From Heterodontus francisci (lineage: Eukaryota), in contig NW_027140825.1 of NCBI RefSeq assembly GCF_036365525.1, forward strand, positions 1,364,001 through 1,428,000: a DNA stretch of 64,000 nucleotides. The letters run 5' to 3'. The notes under the pieces are model-generated. The model was not told the DNA's origin, did not search any database, and worked only from the letters and a program-made list of their open reading frames with translations. The position numbers were made by a program, and so were the translations under genes. Positions 1-11,859 of this stretch are shown here, piece by piece. Each line of letters starts with the position of its first letter. The first letter of the stretch is position 1.

Positions 1-1159
1 AGAGAAATAGACAGAGAGAACATACGGGAGAGACAGTGAGAGTTGGAGGGACAGAAGGCGAGAGAGAGAGAGGAGAGTGCAAGGGAGAGACAGAGTGAGA
101 CAGAGACACAGACAGAGAGAGAAACACATAGACAAAAAGAGAGAAAAAGAGAGACAGAGAGAGAAAGAGAGAGAGAGAGAAGCATGTATGGGAGAGAGAG
201 AGAGCCCTACTCCCCTACCCTTTCCTCATCACCTTGCAAAATTTACCCTTTCAAGTCTTAATCCAATTGTCCGCTTTTTCAGGCACTGCTTTCCAGATGA
301 CAACAACGCTCTGAGTTTTAAAAAGAACTCACCCTTCCCTCTGGTTCTTGTTAAATGCCATGAAATGTGTTTCCACTGACTCGAGATCCTTCCCAGGGCA
401 TTGTAGAAGAAATATTCCATGACTGACTCAATCTTTTTCCTTCCTTTTTATCGCCTTCCAGATTTCAGGAAAGTTGATGAAAAGTTTCGATTAACTAAGC
501 CGTGGCCAAAAACTCTGCAACAGGGCACTCGTCACAACATATCCTTCAGAAATATGGGAAAGGAGGAGGAGGCTATTGGGTCATATCCCTATCATTGATA
601 TGTTGTCATTTTCTATTGGTTAGTAACAGTTCGGCATCTGGCAAAACCCATTAGGTCTTTCAGAGGAATTGGATTACAACATAATTAAAATTTATGTCTC
701 AATTGCTATTCAATTCATTTAACCACTTGTCAGCTGGTTAGCTGAGCTGGTTAATCTACTTTAACTAGTTGAGATGTCTCCTGTCCATCTTTGAACCGTT
801 TGCACACTGAGCTTCATTTCTTTAAGTTGAGCTTCTTCATGAAGCACCCTTCTCTCTCTTGTGACATCAAGCAGGCTAATAAAAAGATCTGTGGAAATGA
901 TACGCTGTGGTTTTAACTCTGCTTTTCGCACCTTTACACAACATTTCACCAGGCATTGCAGTTCGCCAGCTCGCAGGAGAAAATACAAAACAGATACTGA
1001 GCTGAAAACAACATGACAAACACACAGCAGGAACAGAGTCGAAAGGGGCTCCTGAGGATGGGAGGAAATAACACGGCGGGCACATCAGTATTTTGGAGGA
1101 GTTTAGGATGGAGGGTCAATAGGGAATGTTAATAAGGGTTGCTGGGTGGGTGCCCAGCA

Positions 1160-2774
1160 CAGCTTTTTGTATGACCGACTGGCTTGCCCAGTCATTTCAG
1201 AGTCAGCCACATTGTTGCAGGAATGGAGTCACCTTTTAGGCCAGGCCGGTTAAAGATGACAGATTTCCTTCTCTCAGTGAGAGATGGGTTTTTCAGGCAA
1301 TCCAGTAGTTTTATGCTCACCATGACTGAGACCAGCTTTTTATCATTTTTTAAATTCGTTCATAGGATGTGGGCGTCGCTGGCCAGGCCAGCATTTATTG
1401 CCCATCTCTAATTGCCCTTGAGAAGGTGGTGGTGAGCTGCCTTCTTGAACCACTGCAGTCCATGTGTGGTAGTTACATCCACAGTGCTGTTAGGAAGGGA
1501 GTTCCAGGATTTTGACCCAGCGACAGTGAAGGAATGGCGATATAGTTCCAAGTCAGGATGGTGTGTGACTTGGAGGGGAGCTTGCAGGTGGTGGTGTCCC
1601 GATGCATCTGCTGCCCTTGTCATTCTAGTTGGTAGAGGTCGCGAGTTTGGAAGGTGCTGTCTAAGGAGACTTTGTGCATTGCTACAGTGCATCTTGTAGA
1701 TGGTACACACTGCTGTCACTGTGTGTCGGTGGTGGAGGGAGTGAATGTTTATCTAACTAAGTGAACGTACATTATCCACCTTGCTGGGATTCGAATTCAC
1801 GTCACCAAGTTATTAGCCCAGGCCTTTAGATTACTAGCCCAGTAACGTAACACTTTGCTACCTTACACTTCAACCTTCTTTTGAGCCTCAGCCCTAGGTG
1901 TGGAAAATACAAATGTGGGCGGGTTTCTACGTGTGATTCACTCACTGTTAAACCCACACACCAGCCTGTTTTTCTTTCTTAAGCTGTTTAAACGTTTGCA
2001 GCTGCACTCTGATAACCGCACATCCTGACTGCGTGTTTCCTGTCTCTGTGTCTCTCTGTATAATTCGATTCTGCTGCTGTGTTGTTCTGACAAAGTCTTT
2101 CCACAAAAAAACATGGAAAGAAAGCAGTACAGAGGAATTTGCAGGTAGTTAGGGCGACGAATTGAATTAACAGGGGAGATAGGAGGAGTTGCACTAGCTG
2201 GGTTGATCTTGCAGAGAGCTGGAATTGACTCGATGGGCCAAATGGCCTCCTTCTGTACTGTAACCAGTCTCTGATTCTATGATAGATTCCCTGTGGTCGG
2301 AGAATCTGAAAATATATTTGATCAGTCAATCAAGTGTGAAGGAAATGCAACACCCAACATGTTTACATTGCTGACTCTTTATTCCCTCAGGTATAGAAGA
2401 TTAAACGGTGATCTGACTGAGGTGTTTAAAATGACTGAATGTGTTGATAGAATAGATAGAGATAAACTATATCCTGTTGTTGGGGGCGGGGCACGGGGGC
2501 AGAACAAGTTGGTTTAAACCCAAACATCGAGCCAGGCTATTCAGGAGTGATGTCAGGAAGCATTTCTTCACACAAAGGGACGTGGAAATCTGTTTCCTGT
2601 GTGCAGATTAGTGTTTGTAAGGTCAATAAAATTTTGCACGAATGGTGTGGTAGTGATTCCTTTAGAAGAACAACACTTTATCTTTAAGACAAGCAGTTAA
2701 ACTATAAATGCATGTGCCAGAGTAGCATTTACCCCCACATCACGGTATTGTTTTTCATTACACCTCTGTTCATT
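1160..2774 (+). repeat. Inverted segmental copy of 58385-59615
   Basis: Collinear reverse-complement similarity across unique sequence and shared TE junctions (e.g. TERHRDRK..VRMCGYQSAA.NV in both ORF tracks). The LINE at 1345-1750 is present only in this copy. Confidence 0.9.
1345..1750 (-). mobile_element. Non-LTR retrotransposon 3' fragment (shark LINE family)
   Basis: VCTIYKMHCSN..LLRQHLPN..AGSKSWNSLPNS..FKKAAHHHLLKGN. Same family at 54480-55010. Confidence 0.8.
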
Positions 2775-3032
2775 NNNNNNNNNNNNNNNNNNNNNNNNNN
2801 NNNNNNNNNNNNNNNNNNNNNNNNNNNNNNNNNNNNNNNNNNNNNNNNNNNNNNNNNNNNNNNNNNNNNNNNNNNNNNNNNNNNNNNNNNNNNNNNNNNN
2901 NNNNNNNNNNNNNNNNNNNNNNNNNNNNNNNNNNNNNNNNNNNNNNNNNNNNNNNNNNNNNNNNNNNNNNNNNNNNNNNNNNNNNNNNNNNNNNNNNNNN
3001 NNNNNNNNNNNNNNNNNNNNNNNNNNNNNNNN
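2775..3032. other. Assembly gap (N run); second gap at 33125-33292
   Basis: Runs of n in the sequence. Confidence 1.
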
Positions 3033-3915
3033 CTGTCTATGGCTATCTAATTATCTGTCTGTCTACCTATTTCACTCTCTATATAGAATCTTTATCCATC
3101 AATATTTATCTACAAATCTATCTGTTGATCCCTCTGTCTATCTATTCTCTAAACCACCTGTAGAACTCCCAATTCATTTCTTTCACTCTCTCTATCCAGT
3201 TATTTATCTATCTGTCTAGTCATCTCTCTATCAATCTGTCTATCTATTTCTCTATCTATTGATCCCTTTATCCAACTGTATCTCTATCTATCTTATATGC
3301 CTATATATATATCTATACCTGCATTGCTCGATCTTTCTATTTAGTTCTCGATCATTATCTACCCACATATCACTCTATCTATCTATTGCTCTCTCCATCC
3401 ATCACTTTCTTTCTTTATATCCAACTATCTACCTATCCATTTATTCCAACAGTTCATCTATCCATTTATTCATAACTTTCTTTAACTAACTATTTACCCA
3501 TCACTCTGTCTATCTATTGCTACCTCTATCCATCTATTTCGTTATATCCATCTATCTCTTCATCTCGATTTCTCTCCCTGTATCTCCCTCTCTATCTATT
3601 GATATCTCTATCTATTGACTTTTCTGTCCATCTATATCTCCTATATGTCTATATAGGTCTATATGATCTGATATGATATGCCTTTATATGTCTCTAGAGA
3701 TCGATCTTTCTATCTAACGCCCTATCTCTCTATTAGTATCTATCTATCTACCACTTTATCAATTGATGTCTCCATACAACTCTCTTTATATCTATCAATA
3801 GCTTTCTATATTTATATCTATCTATCAATCCCTTTCTACCTATCAGTCAATCCTTGTCTATCTATCCATCTAACTCTCTATCCGTCTATCCATCTATCTA
3901 TCTATTTTTCTGTCC
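3033..3915. repeat. Degenerate (TATC)n low-complexity tract
   Basis: Seen directly. Similar tracts at 53765-54185, 56990-57340 and 58130-58380. Confidence 0.9.
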
Positions 3916-3966
3916 ACCAGATTGACATTGGACTCTCATTGACAGGACCTGCATATAAGATCACAG

Positions 3967-3981
3967 ACAGCAGGTGGCAGC
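3967..3981 (+). promoter_or_regulatory. Candidate CTCF site ACAGCAGGTGGCAGC
   Basis: Close match to the CCASYAGRKGGCRS consensus. Confidence 0.55.
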
Positions 3982-4539
3982 AGAGATCAACATTTCATCC
4001 AATTCCATCATCCTGAGCTCAAGTGAGAAAGACAGGATGGAGGAAGGACAGGGGGCAGGAAAAAAGAAAGTTTGTTTGGGTGAAAAAGGGGGAAAAAAGA
4101 GATTGAAAGAACGTGACGAGAAAAGAGAGAAGAACTGCAAGAGAAATCCAAGGAAGGAGAAGAGTTTAGGAAAAAGGGGGCGGGAAGGAATGAGAAAGTA
4201 GAGAAAGAAAAAGAGAAGGGAAAGAAAATGGAGAGAAGAAATCAGAACAAGAAAGAAAGACAGAGAGGAAGAGAGATAGAGAGAAAGAAAGATAAACAAT
4301 GAAGGAGAGGAGTAGATTGAAAGGAATGACAAAAGATAGAAAATTGGTCGATACAATAACAGAAAGTTTGATTGGATGAAATAAAAAAATTGATGGAAGA
4401 GAAGAATTAAAGAAAGGATAAAAGAATGATGGGGAGGAAGAAAGATAATTAAAATAAGGAACTAAAGACTGAAAGCATAACTAAATGAATGATATAAAAA
4501 TGCTGAAGAAGGAAATTCAGCTGCAATAGGCATCACAGA

Positions 4540-4910
4540 CTTTGCTGCACTGACCCAGCAGCCACATTTCCTCTGCATGGAGGGGGCAGGTGCACGGGGC
4601 CCAGAGACAGCGTCTCACCCAGTAGGAAATGAGACAAACATGGGCTCAATCTGCCAGCCTCTGAGCGGAGAGCACAGCAACAATAACAGGTGGCACTTTC
4701 CGTTAAACCACAGGGTGAAACTCGGGCGCAATGACCTACTTTACAAACCGTGCAGCGCGCCTGCATGCAGAAAGCTGAGCTGCACCATTTGAAAGTTCAC
4801 ATCCCACGGCCTCCGTTTGATATCTTTCCGTGCAGCTGCACAATGTTATTTTCCAGCTCCAGTCTTGTTTTGAGTTAATATTTTCCGGAGGAAATGACAC
4901 TGTAACCGAA
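4540..4910. promoter_or_regulatory. Candidate TCR beta 3' enhancer (E-beta-like)
   Basis: Unique island between purine tracts with clustered Runx (AACCACA 4706-4712), ETS (TTTCCT, TTTCCG, GGAGGAAAT) and E-box (CAGGTG x2, CAGCTG) motifs, about 3.5 kb 3' of C. Confidence 0.5.
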
Positions 4911-5164
4911 TTTTAAAGTCACAGCTCATTATCGCTCCGGTTCACTCAAGCAGACAATCACTTTAACAAGCCAAATCTTTACCCCCATACAGTATGTAAG
5001 ATTTCAGTGAACGTTTGGCCGACTCTGCTCTGTCTCATTGATATTTTCCAGTGTTACTGCTGAAATTTTGCATTTAGGGTTTTTTTTTTATATGTGGAGA
5101 ATTGGAACGGGGAGTGAGCAAGTACTGGTAAAAAAGGGGAAGGGATGTGATTCGAGACCAGATT

Positions 5165-5830
5165 GTGTGTGTGAGAGAAAGAGCTAGGGAGAGCTGGGGA
5201 GAGAGACAAAGAGAGAGAGAGGGTGAGGGGAAGAGGGGGCAAGGGAGCGAGAGAGAGAGATAAACAAACAGAGGGGGCAAGATATGGAGAGAGAGAAAGA
5301 CAGAGGGAAAGAGAGGGGAAGGGATGGAGAGAGAGAAAGACAGAGGGAAAGAGAAGGGAAGGGATGGAGAGAGACAAATAGACAGACAGGATAGAATATG
5401 GAGTGAAAGACAGGCAGCGAGAGAGAGAGAGAGAGAGGGTTACAGAGAGACAGAAAGGCAGACAATGAAAAATACTGAGGAGTCAGCAACTTGGAAAACG
5501 GTAAGCGAGGTGATAGAGAGAGAGGGGGAGGGGAGAGAGAGAGACAAACATGGTGAGTGATGGGGAATTAAGCAGGCAGCGCACAGAAAGAGGAAGAAAT
5601 GAGATAGAAAGGAAAAGAGGTAGGGGAATGGCTGTATAAGAGATACAGAGAGAAAGAAGGGATAAATGAAAGATACAGGGAGAGAAAAATAGAAAGAGAG
5701 AGGGAGAATGATAGTGGGGAATAGAAAAGGAGAGAAAGATGCAGGGCATAGAGAAAGGCAGGGGACGTATAGAGACAGAGAACTGGTGAGATAGAGAGAC
5801 CAGGAGCTAGAATAGTGGGTAGATAGAGCT
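5165..5830. repeat. GA-rich low-complexity tract
   Basis: Seen directly. Similar tracts at 1-205, 4020-4500, 46540-46860 and 57870-58150. Confidence 0.9.
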
Positions 5831-8075
5831 GACAAAAAAGAGTTTCCGATTACCAAAAATGCAACGCTTGTAGCCTTCTAAAGCTGGTTTAAAGATTGAC
5901 TTGATATCTACGTACATCAATCAGCCTGATAATGAAGGTATCTTTCAATGTCTGTAGCCAGTGAGAAAGTGTTCATCTTCCTGAGATGCAGGTCAGTGTG
6001 CACTGTTAGCCATCAGGAAAGAATGAACAGGCTGGGACACTTTTCTGTTGAATGAAGAAAGCTGAGGGGTGACCTGATAGACGTCTTTAGGCTTACGAAG
6101 GGGTTTGATAGGGGAGATGGGGCCATAAATATAAGACACATCACTATTGAATCCAATCAGGAGAGACTTCTTTACCCAGAGAGTGGTGGGAACGTGGAAC
6201 TCGCTACCACTTTAAGAAGAATAGCATCGATGCCTTTAAGGGGAAGTTGGGAAAGCACTTGAAAGAGAACGGAATGGAAGGAGATGTGCTGGGGTGAGAT
6301 GAAGCGTGGGTGGGAGGAGGCTCATGTGGAGCTGAAACACTGGCATGGACCAGACGGGCTGAATGGTCTGTTTCTGTGCTGAAATCTCTATGGAGCTGGG
6401 GTGCAGTTCAGACAAGGTCTCACTGAATGGCAGAACAGATGCGAGGATCAAAATGGCCCCCCTCTTGTTCCGAGGTTTCTTTGAACACAGCCTGGGTCTG
6501 GTGCAGTTAAACACAGAGGTGACTGGCTCGATCCCTCCCCAACAGTATCGCTCAGTAACCCCATAGGGCAGAAGGGAGACAGCAACCACCTGTCATTACC
6601 CATCTCCCACGTGGACAATCCCTTGGCGACTGTGAGCGCCATTGCCCGCTCAGAGCAAACCATTTACAAAGGAGGGGTGCAGCGTCCTGGGTGCCAAAGC
6701 CGGGGATGAAATTGCCCAAATCTAGAACAGTCTGGTAAAGCACTCATCGGTGAAATTGCGTGGAAGGACAGCATTGTGGTAGGAATGGTCTGGGCTCATA
6801 ATGTCAAGATAAGAGTTCAAATCCCATCATAGTAGCTGGGGAATTTCAATTCTGCTAATTAGCTCAAAATGTGCAATAAATAGCTAACATCAGCAATGGC
6901 GACCTTGAAACTGCGAGAGATTTGTATCAAACTCCATCTGGTTAACTCATGTTCTTTAGGGACGGAAATCTGCAGCCGTTACCCGGCCTGGCCTGCATGC
7001 AACTCCAGACCCACAGCAATGTGGTTGACTCATAACCGCTCTCTGAAATGGCCTCGAAAGACATTCTTTTGTATTCAGGAAAGTAGTTCATCGCCACCTT
7101 CTCAGTGGCTGTCAGGGATGGGTTACACATAGCAACAGGGAAATAGGAGACCATTTAGCCTACTCGAACCTGCCACATAGAGCTAGGAAGAGATTCTGCA
7201 CTCTCACGCCTGTTGCATAGAATTGGGCGGAGGAGGTCATTCGGTCCAGTAGAGTCTGTTGCATTGCAACAGGGGGGGTCCATTCAGCCCCTCGATTCTG
7301 TTACATAGGCATAGTGTGAGTCCATTAAACCCCGGCACATGTTCCACCATTCAATTAGCTCATGGAAGATATGCACACCAACCCCATTTCCCCATCTTTG
7401 CTCAATATCCCTTGATCCCGTTACCCAATAAAATTCATCTAATGTCTACCTGCATATTTTAATGTTGTTTGGAAATGTTGTGCCAAGCGCATGGGGTAAA
7501 ACTGAAATAATAGTGGAGAGAAACGGTTTTCTTTGTCGAAATATTCTATTTATTTCTTAACCAGTGAACAAGAAAAGAATAAAAAATGTAGAAGATCACA
7601 AGCGAGCTGTCGATACTGGATCCACTGAGAACCCCACGACAAATAATGGACAATTATGAGCGCATTTTCCATCTGCAATCGATGAGGTGTCTGATACAAA
7701 TAGTAATAACATTTCTGCATTAACAGAAAAGGGAAAAAAGACATTAATAGTTGCACTAAACAGAACTTGAAGTTACAATTTGTTTCCTACTGCTTAATAT
7801 TATACACAGCTTTACTAGAATTGCACGGAATGAGGGACTTCAGTTTCATGGAAAGATCAGCAAAGCTGGAATTGATCGCCTTGGCATTAACAACTGGCTT
7901 TTTCAAAGAGCTAGCACTTGCACGATGGGCCAAGTGGCCTCCTTTCGTCCTGTAAGGTTGTATGTTTCTTTATAACATTTCAAACAGCACAGACTAACAA
8001 TTAATAAACAGACAAAATAAACTGGAAAAAAAGTTTGCACGTTTCTCAAAGCTTCACCTACTGAGACAACAGGAA

Positions 8076-8081
8076 TTTAAT
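8076..8081 (-). promoter_or_regulatory. Candidate polyadenylation signal ATTAAA for TRBC (alternative AATAAA at 7549-7554)
   Basis: About 250 nt after the stop codon and followed by a GT/T-rich tract on the minus strand. Confidence 0.45.
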
Positions 8082-8329
8082 ACATTGACGAGAATATGAA
8101 AGGACTTATTCTAGTGGAAAAGACAGACTGGGGCTTAAAATTTCCTCTGTTCGTTTCCCGCAGTGGTGATGGGTATTTAGGGTTGTCCGCCAAAGTTACG
8201 CGAGTACAGCGGGAGTGGTTTAGACGAAATTCACCCCCGAGATATTCACAATAATCGTATTTTCTCTCCCCTTGCTCCCTCGTGTGTTCTGCTGCTTATC
8301 CATCTTTTGAGTTCATTAATTTGCGACGA

Positions 8330-8356
8330 TCAGTCAAACCTTTTGCTGTAAGACGT
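8330..8356 (-). CDS. TRBC: TCR beta constant exon 4 (cytoplasmic tail TSYSKRFD*)
   Basis: T-rich tract and ccag acceptor, phase 0 matching exon 3, ends in TGA. Confidence 0.85.
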   Translation of the reverse strand, partial: TSYSKRFD

Positions 8357-9301
8357 CTGGTATATGATAAAAAAAAGAGGGAGTTATTATCGTCATGGAA
8401 TTATGGACTGATACAGAACAGAAGGAGGCCATTCGTCCCGCGTGCCTATACTGGCATTTTGAAAGAGCTGTCCAATTAGTCCCATTTCACAGTTCTTTCC
8501 CCTATAGCCCTGAGACTATTCCCTCCCCCACTACCTCAACCCCCTCAAACAAGTATTCATCCAATTCCCTCTTGAAAGTTACTACTGAATCAGCTTCCAC
8601 CGACCTTTCAGCCAGTGCATTCTCAACCACAACAACTCGCTGGCTCAAAATATATTTCTCACCTGCCCCTCTGCTCCCTTGGCTAATCACCTTACAGCTG
8701 TGTCCTTGGTTGGGCAATCCTGCTGCCTCTTTGAAGCTGTTACCCCATTCATTGTCCTATCCAAACCATTCATCATTGTGCACACCTCTATTAAATCTCT
8801 CCTTAACCTTCCCTGATCCAAGGAGAACAATCCCAACTTCCGTATTCTCCTCACATCACTGAGGTCCCTCAACCCTGATACCGTTCAAGTAAATCGCCCC
8901 TTCACCCTCTCCAATGACTCGACATCACTGTCCTGACCAGATCATCATGTGCATGAATAATCGAGACGAACCATGCACATGCTCTTTCCTGCTCATGCAT
9001 TCCTAACCTTGCATATAAAGTCTTGTAAAATCACAATAAGTTCAATTATTTTCCAAGGGAAATTCCAGAACATTGACAATTGTGTTCAACTGGATTAAAT
9101 TGGTTGGTTAGTTTTGTGGGCACAGGAATGAATGGAAAGTGAATTGGTGTATTCCATCTGCGTGCAATAGGAATGCAAAACGTGGGCTCGTGAATATCGG
9201 ATAATCACTCGTAATTTCAGTCTGGAATTCAGGAGAAACTTCTTTACCCAGTTTCACCATTACAATACCTATGTTAAGAACTTCAGTAATTTTAATCTTA
9301 C

Positions 9302-9408
9302 CTTAGTTTTCCAAGCAATTGTTGAGATGAAAATTGTATAAAAGATGCTTTTGCAGATGAGGATCAGGTATGTCAATTTTGCCGTTGCCATGCTTTGGAT
9401 TTTCGCCT
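9302..9408 (-). CDS. TRBC: TCR beta constant exon 3 (transmembrane)
   Basis: tacag acceptor, (E)AKIQSMATAKLTYLILICKSIFYTIFISTIAWKTK, gtaag donor. Conserved TM Tyr, Lys and Tyr (CART motif). Confidence 0.95.
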
Positions 9409-10209
9409 CTGTAAAGTAAATGTAACAGAAAATGTTGCAATCTCTGTTCTCTCAAGGCAAGAAATGCTACTGCGTGAAAATGTAATGTGTGTCAGTGAAG
9501 CAGCCCAATGTAAGGGTCGAGCTGCGAAAGCAGAACTGATCTCCCTTTGACGCAAGGAGCCCTGGGGTATTCCTTACTACAAATGGAGTTCAGCAATATG
9601 GCCGATCTGAATTGGGGCCGCTGTAACTTCTGTGTCAGCTATGGCTCACGTATGTATCAGATCTAGCTGATTGGGTAACGCTCTCCTGTCTGAGTCGTAC
9701 GATTGTGGGTTCATGCCCCAGTCCAAAGACATGAACCCCATAATCCAGACTGACTCTCCCAGTGCCAGTAGACAGCGTGTGTGCTGCACTGCAACTTTGG
9801 AGGAACCTTCTTTGAGATGATGTGTTAAACTAATTTAACCTCTGGGAAGTGGAACTGTCCCTCTTATCTCCACGCCAGATTCACACTATCAACTCCCAAG
9901 GAATTGTAAGTTTTAAGACAGGTGTACACAGCTCCCTCCCCTCCCATCCCCAGGCGTCTCCTCTCCCTCATCACAGGGCAGCATATTTCCCTGAGGTCGT
10001 GAACCCAAGAGGACTGTGATGTTATATCATTCGACTAGGCTGATTTCGAAATTCCCACGGCCTTTCCCTCCCAGAGGAGTTTTCTCATAAACTCGTTGTG
10101 CATGATAGTATGTATAACTGTAAAACTACAGCTTGGAAATGTTGAAATGAGTATATACATGAAATGTCTGACACAGTAATAATTCCAGAATTATTGGTGA
10201 ATATTTTTT

Positions 10210-10745
10210 GAGTCATGGAGTCATTACAGCACAGAAAGAGGTCATTCGGCCCATCGAGTCCATGCAGGATCTCTACAGAGCAATCCAATCAGTCCAGCTC
10301 TCCCCTTCCATCTCCATTGCCCTGCAAGTTAATTACCCTCAACAGTCCGTCCAGTTTCCTTATGAAATCATTCATTATCTCCATTTCCACCACCCTCGTA
10401 GACAGTGACTTCCAGGTCATTACCACTCGCTGCATAAAACACTTCTTCCTCACATCTACCCCCCCACTGCATCTTTTTCCCAAAGCCTGAAAACTGTGAC
10501 CGCCCCCCCCAGTCCTTGTGCCAGCAACTCATGGGGACAACTTTTCTTTGTCTACCTATTGTAAACCTGTCATAATCTTGTACAACTCTGTCAAATAGCC
10601 CCTCAATCTCCTTTTCTCCAAGGAGAACAACCCAGGTTCTCCAATGTAACTTTGTAGCTAAAATTCCTCATCTCTGGAACCATTGTGGTAAATCTCCTCT
10701 GCACCCTCTCAAGGACCCTCACCTCCTTTACAAAGTGTGGCGACC
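10210..10745 (-). mobile_element. CR1 LINE 3' fragment
   Basis: WSPHF..LERVQRRFT..QRVVMTW and a CR1-type 3' UTR. Confidence 0.85.
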
Positions 10746-10775
10746 AGATACAGATAGAAGCAGATAGATATTCAC

Positions 10776-10796
10776 CTTTACTTATACCGCACATTT
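10776..10796 (-). CDS. TRBC: TCR beta constant exon 2 (hinge with interchain Cys)
   Basis: Polypyrimidine tract and ccag acceptor, 21 nt (E)MCGISK, phase 1/1, gtgaat donor. Confidence 0.9.
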
Positions 10797-11116
10797 CTGG
10801 GAAAAGAAAGAAAAATCAATAAACATTCAGCATCAGAATATTTTATGAAATCACTGTGTAAATGTAGATTATCACAATTGAGTCCCGCACTGTAGTCTAA
10901 TATATTGAGAGTCATTTTAATTGAGTGTTTAACCATATCTTCCCCTTTACACTACAATATTGTTCTATTTCATGAATTATTTAATTATTTATTGACTTAC
11001 TGATACATCTACTTGCTTATTCGTACTTTCATAAGAGCACAGGTGCGATATAAATGCAACTTTCTGATTTCTTTGAAGCTGAAATAAAATGGTATTGGTC
11101 TCACTAGTGTGCCTAC

Positions 11117-11467
11117 CTGCTTTGACAGCTAATGTTGAACTGCTTGTTGCAGGCACTGATTCGTTAGTGTAGAGATCTACTCTGCACTCAACGTTCTTGG
11201 ACCGAGCCCAATCTAGGGCGTCGAATCTCAGCCGGCTGCTGATGCTGTAAGATGTATTTTCTTTTGATAGGATGGCATTGAGATCAGTGTGAATGTTCGT
11301 GTCATTAGCATCTTTCTCCTTGCCATCGACAAGCCAGTGGATCTTGATGTTGTCGGGGTAGAAGTCGCTGACGAGGCAGACCACAGTGGCTTTTTTCTTT
11401 TCTCTAATCTCTTCGGGAGAGGGCTCAAAGACAGTAACTTTGGCAGGCCTAATCGTATCGTTTTCGC
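11117..11467 (-). CDS. TRBC: TCR beta constant region exon 1 (C1-set Ig domain)
   Basis: cctgcag acceptor, then GENDTIRPAKVTVFEPSPEEIREKKKATVVCLVSDFYPDNIKIHW...YSISSRLRF...VECRV...AVKA, then phase-1 gtaggc donor. Typical C-beta motifs (KATxVCLxxxFYPD, YSxSSRLR). Confidence 0.97.
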
Positions 11468-11560
11468 CTGCAGGAAAAGTAAATGGAGACAATATGGATG
11501 AGTATGAAACCCGTCTTGAGAATTTTAAACCACCAAACAATATCAACCTTTCAATCCTAG

Positions 11561-11613
11561 CCAGAGCAGTTAATTTTGTGCCAACTCCAGAATAAACCTC
11601 TCTGTTTCCCGAA
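11561..11613 (-). pseudogene. TRBJ: TRBJ-like segment lacking splice donor (SGNREVYSGVGTKLTAL)
   Basis: SGVG replaces FGxG, donor position reads ct instead of gt, heptamer CACCGAT with a poor nonamer. Confidence 0.75.
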
Positions 11614-11859
11614 CACCGATCAGTCATAAAACGTAGAATCAGTTTGCAACCTCGACATGCTTTTGTACATTTTAACCCAAAGTGGCAGAAAATGATCATC
11701 TCAACCTCTTAGTCATTGAGGGAAGTACAAGTCTGTCTCATTATGAAAGAGGTTCTCCTGTCTATCTGAAAAGTGTTATCCTGAACTCTGGGCCAGCCTG
11801 TTCTCAATAAAAAGGCTATCACTCACCTTGTCCCATTATCTAGAGCCCTTTCCTATCAG

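Noticed and set aside
761-988. 75-aa minus-strand ORF in unique sequence
   Set aside because: No recognisable homology or supporting exon structure.
6400-6760. Unique GC-richer segment 3' of C with overlapping short ORFs
   Set aside because: No V motifs, RSS or recognisable domain. It could be regulatory, but I cannot support that.
10989-11699. 236-aa ORF as a single-exon gene
   Set aside because: It is C exon 1 with canonical splice sites plus flanking intron and a pseudo-J. The read-through possibility is treated as a finding.
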